From positions 212,567 through 276,566 of the forward strand of contig NW_003314325.1 of the NCBI RefSeq assembly GCF_000143415.4: a stretch of DNA of 64,000 nucleotides, written 5' to 3'. Of the stretch, positions 1 through 10,985 are shown one piece after another. Positions within the stretch are counted from its first letter, which is position 1; each line of letters starts with the position of its first letter. The DNA comes from Selaginella moellendorffii. Its lineage: Eukaryota > Plantae > Lycopodiophyta. The notes under the pieces are model-generated. The model saw nothing but the letters and a program-made list of their open reading frames with translations. It made no database searches and was not told the DNA's origin. A program made the translations under genes and the position numbers.

Positions 1-89
1 TTGCTGAACTAGCTAGAACAACCTTTGCAATGACTACAAGTGCGTTTGTAATTTCCAGAGGAAAACTAGGAATCCCAACTACTTTAGCT

Positions 90-1097
90 TAAGCCATGAG
101 GATGTGAAGCAGCTTATGCCAATGAAGCTAAACTTGAAGGTGGTCCTAGTCGAGTAAACAACTACTACAATCGTCAAGTGCCTTGAGTACAAGATTTGAT
201 TCCCAGAGACAGTAGCGGAGGTTAAAGTTGTGGCTGCAAATTTTCAACAAATCACCAAAACCCATCTCCCTAATGTGGCTAGGGCAATCAACTATACACA
301 TTTCAAAATTATCTGACTAGTTGGCCCGGATGGTGAGGGCTACTTTGATCGAAAGCAACAGTACTTAGTGATCTTGCAAGGAGTTTGTGACGCTCAGAAA
401 AGGTTCTTAAGTATCTATGCAAGCTAGCTAGGTAATTACTTTTAATTTTTTTCTTCTATACATTTAATTGGTTTATTTTTTTCCCAAGGGAGTGTTCATG
501 ACATGAGGGTTTTTTGGAACTCCAAGCTATGCCACAAGATCCAAGCACAGGAATTACTTACAGTTCCTCAAGAGTTTACTTTTGATGAGTGGATTAAGCC
601 ATACATGGTGCGAGACAAGGGCTACTAGCTGTAGTAGCACTTGATGATCCCTTACTTATGTAGCTGATTGTTTTTTTTTTTTCAATTATTTATGTGAAAC
701 AGGTTCCCAGTTGATGGTGACTGAGGCAGAATACAACTAGCAACACCATCTAGCCTGGATTGTTATTGAACAAGCATTTGGACTTTTGAAAATGAAATTC
801 AGATGTTTGGATCAAAAACAAAGGATCAAGCTGAAGTATTTGCTAAACATCATCAAAGGTTGTTGCATCTTGCATAACTTCTTAATTGATATTGATGAGA
901 CAAACATCAATGCCGAGATCAAAGCGTGGGAAAGACACATTCAAGCCTTGAAGGAAGTAAAGATTTTTTAAGATTACGAGGATCCTGTTGTGGCTGAGGG
1001 AAAGCCACAGGAAGACTTGTGTGGGCCAAAAGATGCACATAAGGTTCAAGAGAACCTAATTAACTTCCTATATTTGCGCCGTCGTAGAGCTGCGTGA
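90..1097 (+). mobile_element. Degenerate PIF/Harbinger (HARBI1/DDE_Tnp_4-type) transposase
   Basis: Hand translation gives LPNVARAINYTHFKI (cf. GAIDGTH), YFDRKQQYLVILQGVCDAQKRFL, GSVHDMRVF, MVRDKGY* and IVIEQAFGLLKMKFRCL...CCILHNFLI. There are several in-frame stops and two probable introns (~431-488, ~651-702). The left boundary is approximate. Confidence 0.85.
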
Positions 1098-1455
1098 TTT
1101 GAAATGCTATATTCAAGTTTAATATTTGAAATTTGAAATTGAAATTTAGGATTTCGAATTTGATTTGAATTTGAAATTTTAAAATATTTTAAAACATGTT
1201 TGAATACTATTCTGAAGACATTTTAAAGTAAATCAGGTGCGAAGTCACTAGTGTTTTATGTTAAATTTTTACCACAAAAAGCTATGCAGATGGGAATGAA
1301 AATGTTTTAAAATGCATATTTAAAGCTTAAAACATTCTAAAAACTACTCAAAGTGCAAATGCAACAGTCACATAAATTAAAATATTTTTATATAAAGTGC
1401 AGGTGCAACTTTCTTTCAATTACGATGATTTGTATTTTATTAAGATAGTTATGAA

Positions 1456-2078
1456 TCAAACTAAAGATACTCTTGACACTTCACTCACAACATTAAATAT
1501 ATATGCCCAAGGTGGTGATGTTGTGGTGGAAGTTGTCCATTTTTGGTAATCTGGTCCACTTGTTAAGCACTTTAACTTAAAGCTTGGGAGAAGAGCAGCA
1601 TACCCAGTGCTGACCATGCCTGGATGGCCAAGTCGTACACGTAGCCAGTGTGCCCCATGATATTGGACTGCTGCATGACCAACTTGAAGAAACCATTGGC
1701 ATCGTCTAGAAACATCATCTGTTTGTATGGAGTGCTGGTATCTCTGTCCACTCCTAGGTGACCAGTAAATTGTAATTATTGAGTGCTTGTATAAGGGAAA
1801 GCAGCGGATGCATACAAGGCTGCCAGAGGAGGCCACAACTCTACCATAATTTACAAAGGGTATCTTGAGCTCTCCAGTGGAGATCCTAAGGCATAGCAGC
1901 ACTTGAACTTAGGGGAGTTTGTCACGATCCGGGAGGGGGGAGCTCTCTAACAGGTGGTGAAACGTTGCGAAGTTGATGATCCACGACTTAAAAACCACAG
2001 AGCAACCTAACAGTGTGGCCAGGTCCAAAAAGCTCAAAATCCTCTCCAATGTATCATCCTCGGTGATGAACTTCAGCC
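1456..2078 (-). pseudogene. F-box protein pseudogene
   Basis: The minus strand reads EDDTLERILSFLDLATLLGCSVVFKSW (F-box motif). An in-frame TAA follows at ~1909-1911, and the same frame continues into ORF 1456..1902 (VVASSGSLVCI, typical of F-box-associated domains). Confidence 0.7.
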
Positions 2079-2152
2079 TGCCTAAAAATCCTTGACCCGA
2101 GCTTCAAAAGTCAAATAGTTTTATTGACTTTATATACTTCCGTTAAATCTTA

Positions 2153-4136
2153 ATGCTTATTACTGGACGTTATCCTTCGTATTGGAAGGAGAATGGCGCC
2201 CAAGCAAGGGTAGTCCTCGAGGGCAAACCAAGGGCTTCTCGTCTCAGGTAAGAAGGCGCTAGGGTTTCACATTCTCTAGGTCGCGAGATCGTGAGTTTAC
2301 TCCTTGTTCCTGTGGCGCAGCGATCCATTGGCTCCTCCGCGGAAGATTTTGAGCTTCCTCGCGACATGCGCGCCAGGGCTGGAGGCTGTGGTAGCAGCCG
2401 AGCTCCAGGCCCCGGCCATCCGAGCCGCGAATGTGGCAATCGCGGAGAGTGGCGGCGCCGTGTTCTTCTCTGGGACTTGGATTGTGGCATTCAATGCCAT
2501 TCTCTGGTTGCGCTGCGGATCGAGGGTGATGCATCTCATTGCCAGCGCCAATCTTCCATGGGCCGATGCAATCGGGATTGATCCAGTCTATCAATTTGTC
2601 AGGCAATGCTCAAACGCTTTATATTTTCTTCTTTCTTCCTTTGTTTGCTTTCATGGATACAAGCTTTATTCTTTTCTATGGAGATTTGTTTCGCGTTTGA
2701 GATACATCTTCCTTTTGCTTTCTGGTTGCTAAGCCTAACGTTTTTTCTCTTGTTTAAATCAGATATGCAGTGCATTGGAAAAGATTTCTTGCGAGCAATG
2801 ACGACGGTCACAAAAGGTTCCGGAGTTTTTCAGTGGAATGTAGGGTCCGGGACTGTACGAGAAGGTCTGTATCCTTGTACGCTCCAAGAAAAGCCAACGC
2901 TGCCATCAATGATGCTCTCGACTTGGAGTTTAATCCCGACGTACTCGAGCCTCATCTCAAGGAACCAGCTGAAGTTCCACTCTTTTTACTCATACACAAG
3001 GACAAGGCCAGGCTCTACAGAGACATGAGCTCGGACCTCGGTGAAAGAAGCTACAAAGAAGTCCTGGACAAGACAAGCTTGCCTGGAGAGATTGCCGCAG
3101 GAGTTTTGACACTGGCCGGGTGGAACTATGCAGTCCCAGGATTTGGAGAGATCAATCGAAACGCTCCAACCGTGCTGCTGGATCCAATGTGTGGTTGCGG
3201 AACGCTCCTGGTCGAGGCAGCTCTCATGTCTTCCAACACTGCTCCGGGGCTCCTATGCAAAAGCTGGCCTTTCACGGTTCGTTTTTCATCATCTTAGTTC
3301 CTTTGGACGTTAAGTTCTAACTTCGACATGTCTAGGACTGGCATGACTTTGACGAGGAACTCTGGCAAGAGTGCCGCGCCAGAGCTTCAGCTGCCATGCT
3401 CGCGGTTCCATCCAGTCACAAGTTTTTGGGGAACGACAGGGATCAAAAAGTGATCTCGGCGTGTGCTCGAGCCGCGGAGCGTGCTGGAGTTGCACACTTG
3501 CTCCAACTTAGCAGTCAAGACTTTGTGCAGTACGAGCCTCCAACCCGTCCATCGCTGGTGGTGGTCAATCCTCCGTGGGAAAGCAAAGAAAGAACGACGT
3601 AAGTGAAAGCTTTCCTTTATTCTTTTTTTGCAAAGCTCCTTTATCTTTTTTTTTTCTTTTTTTTTTTCCAGCTTGATTCCACCTTTTTTTTTCCTTTCGT
3701 CTCTAGTTTTCTTTTTCTTTTTTTCTTCCTTTTTTTTTTCTTTCGTCCTTCATCTTTCCTTCTAGTCCACCATTTTTTTCTTTATTTTTTCTTCCTTGCT
3801 CTGAATTCGATGTTTGGTCCTTTTCTTTTCTCTCGAGATTGATCTCTTCCGATAATTCCCTCTTTCCGCGAGCTCACTTCATTTTTTAAAAAAACTTTTT
3901 TGCCTTCTTGCAGGACTTTGGTTCCAACGTTTTCGGAGCTGGGCAGATTTTTGAGGCGCCACTGTCGTGAAACCGATGCCTACGTCTTGAGTGGCAGTCG
4001 CCTTCTCGCGAGCAACATGAGGCTAAAGGCGGACGTCAATTGGCCGATTAAAATTCAAGGCCTCCATTTTCGACTGTGCCACTATTACATTCTTCCAAAA
4101 AAGCGCAAGGATCAGGCTGCGCCACAGGGCACTTGA
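2153..4136 (+). CDS. THUMP-domain SAM-dependent RNA methyltransferase (RlmL/UPF0020-like), ~5 exons
   Basis: Motifs are FLATCAPGLEAVVAAEL (THUMP N-terminus), LLDPMCGCGTLLVEAA (SAM motif I) and VVVNPPW (motif IV). Introns lie at ~2248-2320, 2603-2762 (GC-AG), ~3277-3335 and ~3599-3913. The start codon at 2153 is tentative. Confidence 0.85.
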
Positions 4137-4187
4137 CACGTTCCACAGAAACGTGTTGACACGTGTCCATCTGGGAGATTGACACGT
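4135..4187. promoter_or_regulatory. Cluster of ABRE/G-box-like ACGTGTC elements
   Basis: GACACGT occurs at 4135, 4158 and 4181, and ACGTGTC at 4161 (palindrome GACACGTGTC). The cluster lies upstream of the gene starting at 4986, and a telo-box TTAGGGTTT sits at 4469-4477. Confidence 0.4.
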
Positions 4188-4985
4188 CATGTGGCTGCCG
4201 CTTGCGTGTATGTAGAGCGAATCTTTGAATATGCCTGGGGATTATTCGGTTTCTTACCGTACACTGTTTTTCCGCTAAATTTGGATCGTCATTTTGAGCC
4301 ATACACCTGAAAAGAACACAAAAGAAAGAAGAACGCATTGGCTCGCGAAAAGCTGTGGTGCTCTTCTTCCGGATTTGCGGGGATGCTTGCGCGCTGGGAT
4401 CAATCGCTCGATCTATCTCCTCCATAGCCGATCTAGGTGACGATTCCATCCATTTGGGGCGACCTAAATTAGGGTTTTTGACCTAGTGGCTTCGTCCCCG
4501 GAGGAAGGGAGGGTTTGTGAGCGCCGGCAACGACGCAGCGGTTTGAGCGAGCATCCAGCGCCAGGAGAATTCGTGTTCTTTCGAAAAAAATTTCCCCTTC
4601 TTTTCACTCTTGGTGTGAGATCTTTCCCTCTTTCTTTTGTCTTTTTCTTTCGTTTTTTTTTTTCTTCGTTCTCTAGCGGCGCTGGCTCTTGGGGACGAGC
4701 CCAGCGATTCTTCTCGGGAGAGTCTTGGGGAATTTGAGCAGGGGGAAGGAATTTAGGCACAGGCAGGGCAGGGGGAAATTTTTTCCAGGGGAGATTTTCG
4801 CTCCATGGGAGGGAATTTCTCCGCGGCGATTGATGGATTGGGTCTCTGGCAGGGCTAGGAGGATTTGCTCGCTGGGTCGGGCTCGATGGAGCAATGCCAG
4901 TGGTGAATTCCTGGCGCTAGGGTGAATCTTTTGGGAGGTTTTCGCCCGGGCATTGGAAGAAAGCCTATAATGGTCTGTTCTAGGC

Positions 4986-7110
4986 ATGGAAAGAACTGAG
5001 CCATCTCTGGTGCCAGAATGGCTCAAGGGTGTTGGAAGTGGCTCCTCGGCGCATCACCAAGGTAGCTATACCGACTTTAAGAGAAAGATGGAAACGTTCT
5101 AACGCTTTTCTTCTTTTTTATTTCTGTCTAGATGATGGTCAGAGGCAAAGATTATCACAGCATAGCGAACAAGAGTCTCCACGCTACTCTGCGTACGTAC
5201 CACCGAGAAGAATAACCATTCCAGAGCGTCACCAAGTCGACAAGGATTCTTACACTGGTAGCCGTGTCTATCCCAACTTTTCTCGGACGCCATCGTCGTA
5301 TCGAGGCGACCACCATCGGGGTGATTGGGATTCGGATAGGGAGAGGGAGAGGGATAGGGAGAGAGCAGCGACTAGTTTTTTGAGCGACGGGAAGGACAGG
5401 GATGATCGTGCAAATGGTCGCTGGCCCGGACCGGGGAGGCTACTAGATCAAGAGTTTCCACTTCGACGTCCACACAGTGTAGGGAATTCTGGTAGGCTAG
5501 CGGAGAATGGAGAGAAGAGGTTTGTCAGCGATAGCAGTAGCAGCAGCAGCAGCAAACTCGCAGGCCCCGTACCAAAGGCTGCCTTTGAGCGGCATTTTCC
5601 ATCGCTTGGTGCTCAGGAGAAGGTTTACTCGAGCCTCGGCAATGTGTCCGTGTTGAGCCCCCGTCACCTTTGGCAACACTCTCGGACCGGTGTTGGTCTG
5701 GACTCGGATAGTCGCTCCAGCCTCGTGGAGCCCAACGGCGTCGCTCCCAGTGCTACGTCCGGGACGCCAAAGATGGCTGAAGCTCTAGCTCACAATCCTC
5801 CTCGAGTCAGAACTCCACCACAGGTATGTATTCTTTTTTGCTTTTCGGTATTTTCTTTTCCTTGCCTTTCTTTTCATTTTTTTCTTTCTTTTTCTAATTG
5901 CTTGTCACTTTTTTGAGTTGCAGCAATCTACAGAAACCAGGCTGGAAGAACTGGCTCTCAAACAGTCCAGGCAGCTTGTGCCGATGATTCCAAAGACGGT
6001 AAGTGAAACCTTTTTTATTTTGTTCCTCCTCGTTCGCTCTTCTAACGGGATTTACTCTTTGCAGGCTCTTAACTCTCGGGACAAAGCCAAGCCAAAGCTG
6101 ACAAGCCTGGTGTCCCCTAGCACACCAAAGATCGCTCAAGCTCCGAGCAGCCCCATGCTTAGACAACCTCCTCCGATACGCGTCGAAACTCCAAAGACTC
6201 CCCAGAGCAAGCTTCACGTCCTCAAGCCCGGGGTGGCGATTCCAGAGACCGCTCCAGCCGCGAGCTCAGTTGGCCGAACTCCAACTGCCGGCGCGAACTC
6301 CACTGCTCCTCGCAAGCTGAAGCAGCTGCTAGATCGCCGGGCCGTCCCGATACCTCCGCTCTCCGCCAGCGCCGGGGGAGCCGACGCGAGCCGAGCTCGA
6401 AACAGCAAAGAGAACGGCGTCACCGAAGACAAGAGGCTCCAGGCACAGGCTCAGAACCGAAGCGACTTTTACAACGCTATCCGGAGGAAGGCCGCCGGCG
6501 CAGGAGGAAGCAGTAGCAAGCCGGAGGAGAAGAGCAGCAGTGGCGACTCCAACGGCGGCGGTGGTGGTGCCGGGAATGGCCGTGACAGGGAGCTGGAAGA
6601 TGAAACGCAGGATGGTGGTGAAAGTCCGCCGGTGGCGGAGGTGGATCATCGCCGCCACCACCCGGCTCCCACCGCTTATCTCGATAACGACGACAATGCT
6701 GCCAATGGCGTGAAGAGCGAGCACTCGATCAAGGACGTTGTTGGTGGCTCCGAGGAGGAGGAAGCGGCATTTTTGAGATCGCTCGGGTGGGAGGAGGATG
6801 GCGACGCCGAGGGAGGAGAGGGGCTGACCGAGGAGGAGATTAGTGCATTTTATCGAGAGGTAAAGCTGGTGTTTTCGAGTTGTTTTCGTTGTTTTAACTC
6901 TGGAAGTTTGCTCTCTTTGTTTTGCAGCATATGAGGTCGATGAGTAGCTCCCCTCTGAGCAGCCGGATACATAACAGGCTCCAGAATGCCGTGCTTCGAT
7001 CTAGCGGAGGAATCAACGGGGTTTCGGCTGGAATCAGCTCGTCCGACTCGGAGTCCGACGGCGAAGTCCGCGCCGCCAACAATGTTCTCGCGTCGAGACT
7101 CGTGGGATGA
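4986..7110 (+). CDS. Conserved plant low-complexity protein (At1g36990-like; possibly vasculin/GPBP1-related), 5 exons
   Basis: Exons are 4986-5061, 5132-5823, 5924-5998, 6065-6859 and 6928-7110, all GT-AG. Motifs: MERTEPSLVPEWLKG, FERHFPSLG, KMAEAL, RLEELALKQSRQLVP and SEEEEAAFLRSLGWEE...GLTEEEISAFY. Confidence 0.8.
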
Positions 7111-7669
7111 TAATTGGTGACAACGAAAAGAAGGATGGCAGTCACACGGAGGAGGAGTCGATCACTCTCGGAGTTCTAAAGGTTTTTTTTTTTGTTTTGG
7201 CTGGAAGATGTCGTGTACAGGCATGGATGGAGGAGGAAGAAGGAAAAATTAAACAAGGATTTGCCGTTCTTCAAGAGGTAACGAGGAAAGAAAAAGTGAG
7301 AGAAGAGAGAAGTTGTGGGATGTCTTTGACCACTCTGGAAGCAAAGAAAATTTTTTTATTACTATGATCCATGGAAGTGTTCCAAAGTCATAGCCTTGTT
7401 GTCGTAATGTTCTTGGGTAACTTCATGTTTTTGTCTCTATAAAAGATCTCAAAAAGATGAGAAGAGTTTTATGTTCTTGGGTTAACTTGTACCAAAAAAA
7501 GTCTCTAAAAGGTACCCAAAAAAAGGTGAGAAGAAAGAGTTTCGATTGACTTTAGCGAACATTGTACAAGTAATCGAAAGTGAGATCAAATCCATCGATC
7601 CATTCACGGGATCACTCCCGGGTCAGTGAAAAAGGAACTCCTCTCTTTTCTCTTTTTCTCTTTTTCTTG

Positions 7670-7932
7670 TCACTGGAGTGGCAAGTTGCTATGGGCAGTG
7701 TTCTTGGTGTCAGGATTGGAGACGTCGCTGGTCGAGATTTGGAGTTCTCTTTCATCCTCGATCTCGATTCTTTCGTTCTGCAGCGATCGATCCAGCTAAA
7801 GATCAAACGAGGCAACGAGAGGAGAGAAAAACCAAAAGAGTGTACCTGCGATTCTTTGAGTGAGGAGAATAATGTGATCGCTGTCGCAGCTGCTATTCCA
7901 AAGACTGGCGCGAGGGCTTTGGCCATGTCCAT
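7670..7932 (-). CDS. Small 70-aa protein with N-terminal hydrophobic segment, copy 1 (2 exons)
   Basis: Exon 1 (7932-7846) encodes MDMAKALAPVFGIAAATAITLFSSLKESQ. A 50-nt GT-AG intron follows (7845-7796), then exon 2 (7795-7670) encoding LDRSLQNERIEIEDERELQISTSDVSNPDTKNTAHSNLPLQ*. A TATA-like box (~8186-8195) and a G-box (~8245) lie upstream. Confidence 0.65.
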
Positions 7933-9630
7933 GTCTGCTTGTTTCTGTTCAAGCGATGACCTTACCATCCTGGATTTTGAGTATCGATCGATAACTTAAC
8001 GGGAAGAAGATAGAAAGGACTCTACCTTTCTCGACTAACTGGAAATGCCCAAAACACGAGCTCGATCGATCGATGAGCGACGAGACTTATGATTCCACTC
8101 CACAAAATTCCCCTTCTTTGCTTGCAGGAGAGAAAAAATGAAATCCACCTACACACAAGAGAAGTGTTCTTCAGTTTAGTCGGGCTTATATATACAAGCG
8201 CGGGCCGCTGAATGAGACGAGGCCACCTGTGCATCTGCGACGTCGACACGTGTTTGATATTTTATGCAGTTACTGGGGGAGATTCTTCTACCATGTCAAA
8301 CTCAGAGGAAAACAAAACAACTAATATTAAGCATTAGAGCAATTAAAATCTAGGAAATTAGACTTGAATTTGGCAATCAAGCGGCCTCTTTATTTTGGGC
8401 AGCAAAGCAAACATTGTCTAAATAGCACAGTAGTGTTTTTATCCATTACTGACGCTTTGATTTCTTCCGAATGTTGTCCTTTTACATTACAATATATTAC
8501 TTCAGCACCATATTTCCAACTGAATCAACTACTGCAAAGCCAAAGTTGCTTGGTTTACTGCCACGATGGCAAGAGGTCAATATTATTAGACCCTTTATTA
8601 GTCCCTCTTGTTCAAGTGTCCTTGCTTTTGGGATGATAGTGCAGTATCAAGCTGTGCTGCCCTGACAAAAGACCTCTCAAGTCCACTCTGAGTGCTAGTA
8701 CAAGAAAACATATACTGTAAGAATGACTACCTGAGAAAGGGGAAACCACTTAGGGTGGAGGTCTGGACTTGATCGTGGTTTCTATATGAACTTTCATTGC
8801 CATGCATCTATAGTTCGCCTCAGTGTTCTTCACATTCTCTCTGGGCTCCAAAGTTCACTAACGTACCAGGTGCGCCAAGTACAGAGCTACAGGTTGCGAA
8901 TTCGTGGTGAGGCACCCTGATAGCTATAGGCTCTACTCATGTCAAAGGCTTCTGCTCGTCATATACAGCGTTTATGAATCGTGGTGAGTTTTGAGATCGC
9001 TCCGCCGTGAGTAGCTCCGCTCTGAGCCGGATACATAACAGGCTCCAGAATGCCGTGCTTCGATCTAGCGGAGGAATCAACGGGTTTTCGGCTGGAATCA
9101 GTCGTCCGACTCGGAGTCTGATGGCGAAGTTCGCTCCGCCAACAATGTTCTCGCGTCGGGACTCGTGGGATGATAATTGGTGACAACGCAAAGAAGGATG
9201 GCAGTCACACGGAGGAGTCGATCACTCTCGGAGTTTTAGAGGTTTTTTCGGTTTGGCTGGAAGATGTCGTGTACAGGCATGGATGGAGGAAGAAGGAAGA
9301 ATTAAACAAAACTTTGCCGTTCTTCAAGAGGTAACGAGGAAAGAAAGAATTAAAGCAGAGAGAAGTTGTGAGACGTCTTTGACCAGGTGTGTTGTCGTAA
9401 TGTTCTTGGGGTAACTTCCGACACAAAAAAGGTACTCAAAAAAAAAGTTTTTAAAGGTTCTTGTCTCTAAAGGTACCCAAAATAAGGTGAGAAAAAAGAG
9501 TTTCGATTGACTTTGGCGAAGATTGTACAAGGAAAAGTAATCGAAAGTTAGATAAAAATCCAATCGATCCATTCACGGGATCACTCCCCGGTCAGTGAAA
9601 AAAGAACTGCTCTCTTTTTCTCTTTTCTTG

Positions 9631-9897
9631 TCACTGGAGTGGCAAGTTGCTGTGCCCAGTGGTCTTGGTGTCTGGATTGGAGACGTCTCTGGTCGAGATT
9701 TCGAGCTCTCCTTCATCCTCGACCTCGATTCTTTCGTTCTGCAGCAATCGATCCAGCTAAAGATCAATCAAACGAGGCAACGAGAGGAGAGAAAAACCAA
9801 AAGAGTGTACCTGGGATTCTTTGAGTGTCGAGAATAATGTGATCGCTGTCGCAGCTGCTATTCCAAAGACTGGCGCGAGGGCTTTGGCCATATCCAT
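9631..9897 (-). CDS. Small 70-aa protein, copy 2
   Basis: Exons are 9897-9811 and 9756-9631, the same lengths as in copy 1. The only indel (4 nt) falls in the intron. Confidence 0.65.
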
Positions 9898-10985
9898 GTC
9901 TGCTTGTTTCCGTTCAAGCGGTGACCTTCCCATCCTTGATTTTGAGTATCGATCGAGAACTTTTAACGGGAAGAATGGAAAGGACTCTACCTTTCTCGAC
10001 TGACTGGAAATGCCCAAAACACGTGCCGAGATTTATGATTCGACTCCACAAAAATCCCCTTCTTTGCTTGCTAGGAAAGAAAAAAATGAAATCCCACCAG
10101 CGCGTACAGGGGAAGTGTTCTTCAGTTTAGTCGGGCTTATATACAAGGGCGGGCCGACTTGAAGTTGAGGCGTGGATTAATGAGACGAGGCCACCTGTGT
10201 TCTGGATCTTCTATGCTGACACGTGTGCTGGATATTTATGTAGTTACTGGGAGATTCTTCTGCCACCATTCTTGAACATGTCAAACCCAGAAAAAACACG
10301 TGCCTAAACAACTTCTCAAAAGCTATAGCCGATTAGAGCAATCTCTATCCTAATTAATATTTAGGAAGTTATGCCCGCTTGATTAGAGCAAATTCAATTG
10401 TATTAAATTAGAATGTCTACAGAATATTTGGGCAACAAACATTGTCTAAAGGCTAAGTATCTTAACAATGCTCAGGCCAATAGCACGGAGTGTTCTTTCT
10501 TATCCCAAGTCATACTAAGAAATAATGAGAACCACACACAAGCTTGTTTAGTGTTTTTATAATTTTTGTCTATAGAAGAATTTACTTGTCAACTATTTAG
10601 GAATTGCAAAAGGCAGGACCTTTTTTAAGCTCAGCTTCTTGAATTCGTAAAATTCCATGTAGATTAGTAAGCCTTTATTTTGAATAAATGAAAAAGATAG
10701 AAAAATTCAGAATATAATTTCTTATTATTATATAAAGTAAAAAAAGTAATTGGCCTGTTAAATTCAAATACAGCTAATACAAGCATATGAAATTATAATT
10801 TCTATTTAAACCTTTATCATCAAACTAAATTACTGACATTATTATCAATTAAGGTATTGATTGCATTAATTTACTTCTAAAGTCAAAAAACATCCAAAAA
10901 AGTCAAATAAATTTTTGCATTGGGAAGTCCGGTGATTGCTGAAATAAACTTTTTCCTCAAGCATCCCACAAAGATCAAGATCAAA

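Larger units (their letters stand above)
6941..10345 (+). repeat. Tandem duplication: ~6941-8345 repeated at ~9008-10345
   Basis: The two stretches are near-identical. Each includes the last exon and 3' UTR of the 4986 gene, the small minus-strand gene and its promoter. About 660 bp of unrelated DNA separates them. Confidence 0.9.

Noticed and set aside
3603-3842. Phe-rich 79-aa ORF
   Set aside because: It is the T-rich intron of the methyltransferase gene.
8364-8940. Short ORFs in the spacer between the duplicated units
   Set aside because: They have no recognisable motif or splice structure.
10920-10985. N-terminal extension of the RLK1 ORF
   Set aside because: The ORF track starts at a TTG. 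The ATG at 10986 gives a proper signal peptide that aligns with copies 2 and 3.
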